Positions 49,407 to 58,136 of a stretch of 64,000 nucleotides of DNA are shown here, one piece after another. A program made the translations under genes and the position numbers. Each line of letters opens with the position of its first letter. Positions within the stretch are counted from its first letter, which is position 1. Source of the stretch: an uncultured bacterium. GTDB lineage: Bacteria; Armatimonadota; Abditibacteriia; Abditibacteriales; Abditibacteriaceae. The stretch lies in the NCBI GenBank assembly GCA_963843795.1, contig CAWJLW010000006.1, positions 310,001 through 374,000 of the forward strand, read 5' to 3'. The notes below the pieces were generated by a model. That model ran no database searches. It worked only from the letters and a program-made list of their open reading frames with translations, and was not told the origin of the DNA.

Positions 49407-50096
49407 ATGAACCGAAAATTGTGGCTCGAACGGGGCGATGCAATGCTCCTGCAACTACTTGCAGGAGCGTCGCGCGAACACAGCGCGCACGAACACAGCG
49501 CGCACGCGATGCGCCGCGCCATCTGGTGCATCGTGTGCGGTGGCGCATTGTATGGCGCGTGCATGGGAACTTACGGTTTGGACGGCGGGCGCTGGCCGCA
49601 AATTGTGTGGTCGGCCATCAAATTGCCGCTGCTGCTATGCTTGAGCGGCGCGCTCAGTTTGCCGATTTTCACAGTCTTATATGCGCTGGCCGGTTTGCGC
49701 GACGACTTTGCGCTTGTTTTACGCGCGCTCTTGCGAACTCAAGCCGTTCTGGCGATTGTGCTGGCCTCATTCGCACCGCTGGTTGTGCTAATTTACGCTT
49801 CGCTGGGCACCCAGGCGCGCAGCTACGATTGGGCGCTTGGCTTCAATGTTTTGATGTTCGCGATTGCGGGCGGCGTGGCGCAAACCGTGTTGCGCGCCGG
49901 ATGCCGCGAATTGTGGCAGCGCGACGCGCGGCATCGACAATTGCTCAACGGCTGGATGTGGCTGGTCGGTTTCATCGCCGTGCAAATGGCGTGGGTTCTG
50001 CGCCCCTTCGTCGGCGAGCCACATTCTGCGATGACATTTTTTCGTCCCGACGCGCTGAGCAACGCCTATATCGCGCTGTGGAATTGGATTTTCTAA
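49407..50096 (+). CDS. Multi-TM membrane protein paralogous to the upstream gene
   Basis: GGAGGT RBS; LYGACMG, KLPLL, VQMAWVLRPFV, SNAY. Confidence 0.75.
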   Translation: MNRKLWLERGDAMLLQLLAGASREHSAHEHSAHAMRRAIWCIVCGGALYGACMGTYGLDGGRWPQIVWSAIKLPLLLCLSGALSLPIFTVLYALAGLRDDFALVLRALLRTQAVLAIVLASFAPLVVLIYASLGTQARSYDWALGFNVLMFAIAGGVAQTVLRAGCRELWQRDARHRQLLNGWMWLVGFIAVQMAWVLRPFVGEPHSAMTFFRPDALSNAYIALWNWIF

Positions 50097-50130
50097 AAAG
50101 CGCGGCGCAAGTAACTTGCGGCGCGCTTTT
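50096..50130. terminator. Terminator-like hairpin with variant core GCAAGTAACTTGC
   Basis: AAAAGCGC arms, between convergent stops. Confidence 0.6.
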
Positions 50131-50132
50131 CA

Positions 50133-51755
50133 TCAATCGGTGTTTACCAGCTTAAATTCGCCATCGTTTTGCTTGGCGATGTTTTCCAGCAGGCGCGTGG
50201 CGAGAAAGCTATCGTCGGTGCCATCGGGATTTTTACCGACTAATCCGACCGTAAAAATGCGTGCTTTGGGTGTCGCGTTGAGAACGCGCACGCGCGCGGC
50301 GAGCTTATCGAAATCGGTCTCGCCATAATTGGGCACTCCATCAGTGATGAGAACCACGACATTGACGTCGCGCATCTTCAGGGCGCTTTCCATCGCGGCT
50401 TCGACATTGGTGCCGTCGTTCAACTTCAACTTGTCGAGAAACTTGTTGCCCTGAGCGACGTTTGCGGGCGTGGCGGGTAGCAATTCTTTTTTGAAAACGC
50501 GCATCTTTTTGTAAAGCACAACGATGCCAAACGATTCTTTGGGCTGCAAAGTTTTCAGTGCGGCGCGCAATTCAGCTTCGGCGCGGTCGATGCGCGGCTC
50601 CATGCTCCACGAAATATCCAACACGTAAACAATGTGGCGCGGCCCGCTTCCACTGCTATCTTTGCCCAAGCCAAACGGTAAACCTTCACCGCTGCTCCCG
50701 CCACCACCGCCGCCTCGATTTCCGTTGCCATTGCCGCCTCTTCCATCACCGTCGCCCTTGCCGTCACCGCTTCCCTTGCCTTGACCGTTGCCGTTTCCGT
50801 CGCCTTTGGAATTTCCACTGCCTTTTCCGTCACCGTTGCCATCGCCGGTTTTGTCACCGCTGCCATCGCCCGCAGCGTTGCCTTCGCCTTTGCCCACGCC
50901 ATCGCCGCTGGCATCTCCAGAGCCTTTGCCAGAACTGTCGCCGTTGCCATTGTTGGCCGGATTAGGGTCGCCGGGTTTGCCCGCTTTTTCTTCGCCTTTT
51001 TCGGTTTCGCCAGCGCCACTGGTGCCCACTTCGCCGCTTGCACTTTGTCCGCCGCTGCTGCCGCCGCCATCTTGCGAGCCGGAACTGCCGCCCGCGTTGC
51101 CGCTCTTTTCAGCGCTGGGATTATCGCCCTTGAAATCGTCGGGCGTGGCTTCAGGCCTATTGGTTTGCGGCGCGTTTTGATTCGATGGAGTTTGCTCTGG
51201 CGGATTCGGATTGGGATTTTCGGCCACGCGCGGCGCGGTCGGCTGTTGCGTTTCCGGCTGTGGCGTTTCCGGCTGTGGCGTTGCGACAGGCTGATTGCCG
51301 AGTTTGGGCGCAACTGGTTTAGGCACAACGGGTGCGGCAGTTGGCGCGGTCGTCGGATCGGGCGCGGCGGTTGGAATTGGTTGAGGTGTTGGTACGATTG
51401 GCGTGGGAGTAAAAGCGGGCGGCAATTTAAGCGGCGCAAAAGTGGGCGCCGCGACGATTTGCGGCGGCGTAGGAATAGGCGTCGGTTCGAGTTGGAATTC
51501 GCGCGGTGAAATCTGCGGTTGCGACGCGACGGGTCGCGGGCGACGTTCGGATTTGGGAGTTTTGACGCGGGCGACTGGCGTTTTTTTGGGCGTTTGCGGC
51601 GCGGGAGTTGAAAGCGCTGAAGTTTCCACGAGCGAAACTTCTATCAGGCGCGAAGCGGGCGGCGCTTGGTTGAGTTGTGCCAATCCCAGCACTGCGATAT
51701 GCAGTAGAAGGGAAAAAAGAATTGCCAAAGAAAACCAGCGATGTTCGCGCGTCAC
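50133..51755 (-). CDS. TonB-like anchored Pro-rich/Gly-rich protein with C-terminal vWA domain
   Basis: SLLLHIAV TM, long Pro-rich and GDG-rich linkers, MIDAS VLDISWSM, GTN, LITDG; GTG start inferred. Confidence 0.82.
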   Translation of the reverse strand: MTREHRWFSLAILFSLLLHIAVLGLAQLNQAPPASRLIEVSLVETSALSTPAPQTPKKTPVARVKTPKSERRPRPVASQPQISPREFQLEPTPIPTPPQIVAAPTFAPLKLPPAFTPTPIVPTPQPIPTAAPDPTTAPTAAPVVPKPVAPKLGNQPVATPQPETPQPETQQPTAPRVAENPNPNPPEQTPSNQNAPQTNRPEATPDDFKGDNPSAEKSGNAGGSSGSQDGGGSSGGQSASGEVGTSGAGETEKGEEKAGKPGDPNPANNGNGDSSGKGSGDASGDGVGKGEGNAAGDGSGDKTGDGNGDGKGSGNSKGDGNGNGQGKGSGDGKGDGDGRGGNGNGNRGGGGGGSSGEGLPFGLGKDSSGSGPRHIVYVLDISWSMEPRIDRAEAELRAALKTLQPKESFGIVVLYKKMRVFKKELLPATPANVAQGNKFLDKLKLNDGTNVEAAMESALKMRDVNVVVLITDGVPNYGETDFDKLAARVRVLNATPKARIFTVGLVGKNPDGTDDSFLATRLLENIAKQNDGEFKLVNTD

Positions 51756-51864
51756 GAGCTGCTCACCTTTTGCGACAAAGTGAATGCGGGACGACGATAA
51801 CAGCCCAAAGGTTCGATGTTGACCAAATGCCTGCACTGCAAGTACTTGCAGCACGCTTTGTTTA

Positions 51865-52947
51865 TTACGAAACAGCTTTTGTGCTTTCCACTGCTTTTGC
51901 CGGAGCTGAATTATTTAAGCCCGCGACGGTGATTTCAAAAATGCTGGGCCAGCGCTTGCCGCTAATCCAGATGCGTTTGGTCTTGGGGTCGTAAGCGATA
52001 CCGTTCAAAACGTCTTCGTGCCCGTTGCGCGCGCTGGCGGGCAGTAGGTTGCTGAGATCGAGAAACGAAGTGATGTGGCCGCTTTGCGGGTCGATGCGCG
52101 CGATGATATCGGTTTGCCAGATGTTAGCCCAAATTTCTCCGTTAATCCATTCCAACTCGTTCAAATTCGCCTGCGGTTGGCCGTTAATCGTTACAGGAAC
52201 GATATGCTGGACGGTGAAAGTTTCGGGATCGCGGAAGGTGATTTTGTCCGAGCCATCGCTCATAATCAAACTTTTACCGTCTTGTGTGATGCCCCAGCCT
52301 TCGCCTTGATAATCGAACTGGTTTTTCAATTCAAAACTGTTTTTGTCCCACACATAAGCGCGCTGCGATTGCCATGTGATTTGAATTAGCTTGTCTTTCC
52401 ACGCCACCAAACCTTCGCCGAAAACATCGGCGGGCAACTCTTTTTGCTTCAGCACTTTGCCCGAAGGATATTCCAGACGACGCAAAGACGATTCACCTTC
52501 GATACCAGTGCTTTCATAAAAGCCGCCATCTTCCCACAGCAAGCCTTGCAAAAATGCGTTGCGGTCGTGCGGAATCGTTTTTACGACGCGCCAACTGTCG
52601 CGCAGCGCGCGCTCGCTGGTCGGTGCCGAGGCACCGTTAGAATTGTTTTTGCCGCCGAAATTCTCCGTGCGCGCCATGCGTTCGCGCGCGGCATCGGCGG
52701 GCGGACGTGGATGTCGTGCTTCGCGCCACGAAGCCGCTCCGATGAGCAGTGCGGCGGGTATGGCGAGCCACCACAAAGGAAAACGTCGTGGTTGATTTTG
52801 AGCGGCATACTGCGAACGGATTTTAGGTTCGCTCAGCGTCGAATTTTGGGTGGTGTTGGAATTGGAAGGCGCGCTTTTCATAATCAGTGGCTCGTTGCGA
52901 AATTGATCGGGTTTTGGTGCGAAATCGGCAGTGATGTGCCGCGCCAT
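51865..52947 (-). CDS. Glutaminyl-peptide cyclotransferase (plant/bacterial type I QC)
   Basis: PHDRNAFLQGL, ESTG, FGEGL, GEGWG, LNELE, DVLNGIAY, GKRWP; N-terminal TM; start may be 52881. Confidence 0.92.
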   Translation of the reverse strand: MARHITADFAPKPDQFRNEPLIMKSAPSNSNTTQNSTLSEPKIRSQYAAQNQPRRFPLWWLAIPAALLIGAASWREARHPRPPADAARERMARTENFGGKNNSNGASAPTSERALRDSWRVVKTIPHDRNAFLQGLLWEDGGFYESTGIEGESSLRRLEYPSGKVLKQKELPADVFGEGLVAWKDKLIQITWQSQRAYVWDKNSFELKNQFDYQGEGWGITQDGKSLIMSDGSDKITFRDPETFTVQHIVPVTINGQPQANLNELEWINGEIWANIWQTDIIARIDPQSGHITSFLDLSNLLPASARNGHEDVLNGIAYDPKTKRIWISGKRWPSIFEITVAGLNNSAPAKAVESTKAVS

Positions 52948-53058
52948 AGTTTACGCGCCGCACGCGCGAAAGTGTGCTGCAAGTACTTGCAGCACACTTT
53001 ACGAGTTGTAATTTCGTGAGTAAAACCTGTCCGCGTAAACTAGAGGGCAATTAAAAGG

Positions 53059-54354
53059 ATGACAACTATGCAGCAAACTGCAACACAGCAAACAAAATTC
53101 CAACCGCCGGACACCAAGTTCGATAAAGATGGCGAATTGCGTCCCGCCTTGAATTTCGCTTCGATTCTCGATTTGTTGAAGCAAACTTGGACTGAATGGA
53201 ACGAAGACAAAGCGCCGCGTCTGGGCGCGGCCTTCGCGTATTACACGATTTTTTCCCTCGCGCCGTTGTTAATCGTGGCGATTACAATCGCAGGTTTTGT
53301 GTTCGGCGACAAAGCCGCGAGCGGACAGATTCAAAAAGAAATTTCCGGTATGATCGGGCCAGACGCTGCCACGATGATACAAAACATGATCGACAGCGCC
53401 AGTAAAAGCAAAAATACCGGCATTTTCGCTTCGGTCGCCAGCATTGCCACCTTGCTTCTGGGTTCTTCGGCGCTTTTTGGGCAGTTGCAGGAATCGTTGA
53501 ATACAATTTGGGAAGTGGCCCCCAAGCCCAGCGGCGGCATTATGCAAATGCTGATTCAACGATTGCTCTCTTTTTCGATGGTTTTGGGCGTGGGTTTTGT
53601 GCTGTTGGTGTCGCTTGTGCTTTCGGCTGGTATTACTGCTGCCGGTCATTTTATGGGCGATTATTTGCCAATGCCCGAAGGCACTTTACAATTGCTCAAC
53701 TTCGTGGTGTCGTTTTTCATCGTCACGTTGCTATTCGCGTTAATTTTTAAAGTGCTGCCCGACGCTGAAGTGAAATGGCACGACGTATGGATTGGTGCCG
53801 CTATTACTTCCCTGTTGTTCGCACTGGGACGTTACGGGTTGAGCATTTACCTGGGGCGCGCGGGCGTTTCGTCGGCTTACGGGGCTGCGGGTTCTTTAGT
53901 GTTGATTTTATTGTGGGTCTATTACGCGGCGCAAATTTTGTTTTTTGGTGCGGAATTCGCGCAGGTTTATGCCAATCGCTACGGTTCGCGCGTGCGGCCT
54001 TCAGAAAACGCCGTTCCAATGACAGACGATATGCGCGCCAAACAAGGTTTGCCGCGCTTGAGCGATTTGCAATCGACCGAAATCGCGCAGGACGCAGTGC
54101 AAAGTGGAAAAAAAGTCGGACGTGTCAGCATTCTGCATAACCAAACCCCGCAAGAAGCCACATTGAGCCAAAAAGGTCAGGCCAAAAAGGCAAAGCAAAG
54201 TGCCAACAAAGCCAGCGATTTAGATTATTTGCTCGGTTTGTTCGGCGGCTTGCTCGCGGTTTTGGCGTGGGTCGAAACGCGCGACAGCAAGCGACGCAAG
54301 AAACTCAAAGTAGCGACCGAAGTCGAAGAAACCGAACCCGATTCAAAGCTATGA
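53059..54354 (+). CDS. YihY/BrkB family membrane protein
   Basis: APRLGAAFAYYTIFSLAPLL, YGAAGSL, LWVYYAAQILFFGAEF. Confidence 0.92.
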   Translation: MTTMQQTATQQTKFQPPDTKFDKDGELRPALNFASILDLLKQTWTEWNEDKAPRLGAAFAYYTIFSLAPLLIVAITIAGFVFGDKAASGQIQKEISGMIGPDAATMIQNMIDSASKSKNTGIFASVASIATLLLGSSALFGQLQESLNTIWEVAPKPSGGIMQMLIQRLLSFSMVLGVGFVLLVSLVLSAGITAAGHFMGDYLPMPEGTLQLLNFVVSFFIVTLLFALIFKVLPDAEVKWHDVWIGAAITSLLFALGRYGLSIYLGRAGVSSAYGAAGSLVLILLWVYYAAQILFFGAEFAQVYANRYGSRVRPSENAVPMTDDMRAKQGLPRLSDLQSTEIAQDAVQSGKKVGRVSILHNQTPQEATLSQKGQAKKAKQSANKASDLDYLLGLFGGLLAVLAWVETRDSKRRKKLKVATEVEETEPDSKL

Positions 54355-56747
54355 AAAAATCTTACTTTGCCGCCTTCGTGCTGTGTAATGCTGCTTTTGG
54401 CACTGCAACTTTTCCCTTTGCCAACTTTCCAGGCCTCACTGTGGCGCGCGCCGCGCGTCTGCAAGTACTTGCAGACGGTCTTGCGTTATTCAATCGGCAA
54501 ATTCAGCAAGCGCCGACTGAACCGATTAACCTGATTGCCAATGGAAACTTCGTGCGCGAAAGCGAAGTTTGGAATTTGAGCGGCACTGCAGATACCACTT
54601 ATCTGGCGGCTCCGCCCGAAGCCAGAGGCCGCGCTTATCGCGTGCGCGTCGCGCCCGCTGCGGATGCCGCACCGTGGTCGATTGCGCTGCGTCAGACTTT
54701 GAATACCAGCGTGAAAAACGGACAAAAGTTGGTTGTGCGATTGTGGCTGCGTTCGCCGCAAAGCGTGCCGGTCGGATTGATTGTCGAAAGTTCCGGCCCG
54801 GCTTACGATAAAATCGTGGAAAAAACCGTAACGGCGTCGCCGCAGTGGCAGCAGTTCGAGGCGAGCGGGCAAAGCACCCATGATTACGAAAACGGAAAAG
54901 TTGGTCTGCTGTTGCAATTGGCGCGTGGCACGGGCGACGTTGAAATCGCCGGAGTGCAGGTTTTCGATCCCGACGCGCCGCAACAAAGCGCACTGCGCTC
55001 GACGGCCACGCCACAAAATCCGCAACTGTTGTTGAAAAATGGCACTTTCGGCGCGCCCGATCTCAGCGACTGGAGCGGCTTCGGTGCTTTCGATGACGCC
55101 AACGCGCGCCTCAAAGCCAGCATCATTCCCGCTGCTGCCAATATCGTCGGCAGTGAGCGCGCGCTGCAATTGAAGAGCGATCCGACGCCCGAAATGCAGC
55201 CGTGGAATTTGAAACTGAGCCAACCTATCTCTCAACCCATCGAAGATGGCGATACGATTTACGCGCGCGTATGGATGCGTTCGCCCGACAATGCGCGTGC
55301 AGGCATTATTTTCGAAGAAGTCGCCGCGCCTAATGCCAAAGACATCAATCAAAGCGTGAAGCTGAAGCCGCAATGGCAGGAGTATCGGTTCGCCGGCATC
55401 GCGCGTCGCGCCTTTGCGCCCGGCGAGTCGCAATTCAACTTTTTTCTTGGCTATGGGAAAGGCACCGTCGAGATCGCCAATTTACGTCTGGAGAATTACG
55501 GCAGCGCGCCGCTTGAATCGTTCGACCAAACCATCGACTATTTCGGCGGCCAAATCGACGACCAAAGCTGGCGCGCTCCGGCTCTCCAACGCATCGAAAG
55601 AATTCGCAAGGGCGATTTCACGGTTCGTGTGGTCGATGCCAAAGGCAAGCCGGTTTCAGGTGCAACAGTCTCGGTCGAACAGCAGAAACACTGGTTTAAA
55701 TGGGGCACAGCGGGCCCAGCGAGCCTCTTGCTCGACGACACAAGCCCTGATAGCGAAATCTATCGTCAGCACATCAAGAAGTTGTTCAACACTTTCGTGT
55801 TTGAAAACGATTTCAAGTGGCCGCAATCGCAAACACCCGCCGATCTGAAGCGCATCGACAGCGCAATCAACTGGCTTAACCAAAACGGTATCAATAATAT
55901 TCGCGCGCACAACGTAGCGTGGGGTTCCGCACAATATCTGCCGCAGGGCGCGCTTGATTTGGACAAAGACGCCTTGACGAGATTAGTCGAGGAGCGCGCG
56001 CGCACGATTGTCGAATTCGGGCGCGGCAAGGTTTACGTGTGGGACGTGGTGAACGAAGCGGCGACCAACACCGCGCTGTGGGAGAAAATCGGCTGGGACG
56101 AATTTGGCAAGGTTTACAAAATCGCGCGCGCTTATGATCCCGATGTGAAATTGGCTTACAACGATTACAACATCGTGAACGAGGCTCCCGATGGCGGCAA
56201 GCAGCGTGTGAAAGTTTTCGAACGCATCAAAACTTTGCAAGCGCAAGGCGCACCCTTAGATATTATCGGCCTGCAATCACATTTCGGGGTGCCGCTGACG
56301 CCGATGAAGCGCGTTCTGGAAATCATGGACGAAACGGCTAAATTCGGCACCAAACTCGAAATCACTGAATTTGATGTCGGCGTGAAAGACGACAAAATGA
56401 ACGCGGCTTTCACGCGCGATTTTCTGACTGCGGTTTTTTCGCATCCCGCCGCCGATGCTTTCGTGATGTGGGGTTTCTGGGCCGGTGCGCACTGGCGCGC
56501 CAGCGATGGCGGCGCGATTTTTAATCGCGATTGGACACCACGTCTGGCTGCAACCGCGTATGAAGATTTGGTGCTGAAACAGTGGTGGACAAAGTTGAAC
56601 GGCCAGAGCACTAAAACCGGTCGGTTTTCCAATCGCGCTTTTTACGGCACGCATCTCATCACCGTCGAGAAAAACGGTAAGCGCACCACGCAAACTGTCG
56701 CGCTTGTGCCCGGTGGCGCCAGAGAATTTTCTGTCGAACTTCCTTGA
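54351..56747 (+). CDS. GH10 endo-1,4-beta-xylanase-like enzyme with two CBM4/9-like modules
   Basis: FENDFKW, WDVVNE, YNDYN, IGLQSH, ITEFD, WGFW; two N-terminal NG.F..PW..WQ modules; ATGA overlap with upstream gene. Confidence 0.88.
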   Translation: MKKSYFAAFVLCNAAFGTATFPFANFPGLTVARAARLQVLADGLALFNRQIQQAPTEPINLIANGNFVRESEVWNLSGTADTTYLAAPPEARGRAYRVRVAPAADAAPWSIALRQTLNTSVKNGQKLVVRLWLRSPQSVPVGLIVESSGPAYDKIVEKTVTASPQWQQFEASGQSTHDYENGKVGLLLQLARGTGDVEIAGVQVFDPDAPQQSALRSTATPQNPQLLLKNGTFGAPDLSDWSGFGAFDDANARLKASIIPAAANIVGSERALQLKSDPTPEMQPWNLKLSQPISQPIEDGDTIYARVWMRSPDNARAGIIFEEVAAPNAKDINQSVKLKPQWQEYRFAGIARRAFAPGESQFNFFLGYGKGTVEIANLRLENYGSAPLESFDQTIDYFGGQIDDQSWRAPALQRIERIRKGDFTVRVVDAKGKPVSGATVSVEQQKHWFKWGTAGPASLLLDDTSPDSEIYRQHIKKLFNTFVFENDFKWPQSQTPADLKRIDSAINWLNQNGINNIRAHNVAWGSAQYLPQGALDLDKDALTRLVEERARTIVEFGRGKVYVWDVVNEAATNTALWEKIGWDEFGKVYKIARAYDPDVKLAYNDYNIVNEAPDGGKQRVKVFERIKTLQAQGAPLDIIGLQSHFGVPLTPMKRVLEIMDETAKFGTKLEITEFDVGVKDDKMNAAFTRDFLTAVFSHPAADAFVMWGFWAGAHWRASDGGAIFNRDWTPRLAATAYEDLVLKQWWTKLNGQSTKTGRFSNRAFYGTHLITVEKNGKRTTQTVALVPGGAREFSVELP

Positions 56748-56759
56748 AATGGATGAAAT

Positions 56760-56799
56760 ATAAAAAGGCTCCTGCAAGTACTTGCAGGAGCCTTTTTAT
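56760..56799. terminator. Bidirectional terminator-like 40-bp perfect palindrome with GCAAGTACTTGC core
   Basis: ATAAAAAGGCTCCT-core-AGGAGCCTTTTTAT between convergent genes. Confidence 0.75.
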
Positions 56800-56810
56800 G
56801 CTTGGCTGAA

Positions 56811-57977
56811 TTATTTCAGCAAAACTGGTCCATTTTTGATTTTGACGCGCATGATCGAATACGGTTTGACGCGCAAATCGTGTCCCCAGTGATACGCCGC
56901 TTGGCGGTGCAACTGGTTGGCGGTGAAATATAAATATCCGTCGCGTGCCACGCTCAGCGTGTCGGGCCACAGAATTTGCGGTCCGGCGACGATGGTTTCG
57001 TAAAGTCCATTGGGCGAACGGCGCAAAATCGCGTTGTTTTCGTAATTGGTGCAGTAAACATTGTTTTGGTCGTCGCTTTCCAAACCATCTGACGCGCCTT
57101 TATCGCCATGATCGATCACCGTTGCCGCAACGGCTTGTGGTGAAGAATTTTCATTGGCCAAAACGTCGGTACTGACGCTATATAAACGGCGTGAAGAAAG
57201 CGGGCAATAATACAAGCGCTTACCATCGGAAGAAATCGCGATGCCATCGGAACCCAGTCCGATATATTTGATTTTCTGGCCCGGAATGCGTTGCATAAGG
57301 GCGCGGTTTTCCACTATAGGAACGAATTTTTGCACCGCTTTGGTTGAGGGATGGTCGTTCAGTTTGCGCCACGAGCGTCCGCTCGCCAAATCAACCACGA
57401 TGATGCCGTTCGCGCCTGGCCCGCTGCTATCGGTAATGAACGCCATGCCACCTTTTCCACGCCGCAAATCGAAACGCACGTCGTTGAGATAGGTATATTT
57501 CAACGCCACATTGGACGGAAATTGAATCACGCGAATGACTTGGTTGGTTTTCAGGTCAATGCCCACCAATTTTGGCCCACCCGCTATCACCGGCCCGAAA
57601 TTCACGCTGCCAGTGTCCAACGCCCACAGCCTGTCCAGCGGATCAACCACGACGCTTTGCACGGAAACGAAACGCTGGCTGGCCGGAATATCGCGCCGAT
57701 TCCATTGCGCACTGGGAAACGCGCGCGCTTTGCCGCCCACGACTTCGGCGACCGTGAATTTGACATTATCGCCCCAGCGCGGAAAATTGGTGAAGACGCG
57801 CCCACCCGCTGAAACCGTGACGCCAGTCGGCATCGGCCCGCTGAATTGCGCGACGACTTCAGGTTTCCCAATGCGCGTTTGTTGCTGAGGTAATTGCGCG
57901 TGCGCGCCGTATTGAGACGCGCCAAAAGTGCTGCAAGTACTTGCAGCCAGGCAGAAAGTTAAAAAACGTCGATTCAT
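56811..57977 (-). CDS. Major royal jelly/yellow family (L-dopachrome tautomerase-related) secreted protein
   Basis: PTGVTVS..GRVFTNFPRW, FVSVQSVVVD, LWALDTG, YLNDVRFD, WPDT, NQLHR; GAGGAG RBS. Confidence 0.9.
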   Translation of the reverse strand: MNRRFLTFCLAASTCSTFGASQYGAHAQLPQQQTRIGKPEVVAQFSGPMPTGVTVSAGGRVFTNFPRWGDNVKFTVAEVVGGKARAFPSAQWNRRDIPASQRFVSVQSVVVDPLDRLWALDTGSVNFGPVIAGGPKLVGIDLKTNQVIRVIQFPSNVALKYTYLNDVRFDLRRGKGGMAFITDSSGPGANGIIVVDLASGRSWRKLNDHPSTKAVQKFVPIVENRALMQRIPGQKIKYIGLGSDGIAISSDGKRLYYCPLSSRRLYSVSTDVLANENSSPQAVAATVIDHGDKGASDGLESDDQNNVYCTNYENNAILRRSPNGLYETIVAGPQILWPDTLSVARDGYLYFTANQLHRQAAYHWGHDLRVKPYSIMRVKIKNGPVLLK

Positions 57978-58136
57978 TTTGTCTCCTCGGAAATATGCTA
58001 CGCTTTGCTCTTGCAAATTGGGTGACAAAATTGCGCGTTGTTTTGACAATCACCTGAAAAGTTACAATAAAAGCGCTGCAAGTACTTGCAGCGCTTTTCC
58101 TATCTCAATTCGTTGTCTGGCTCATCCTTTTTTGGC

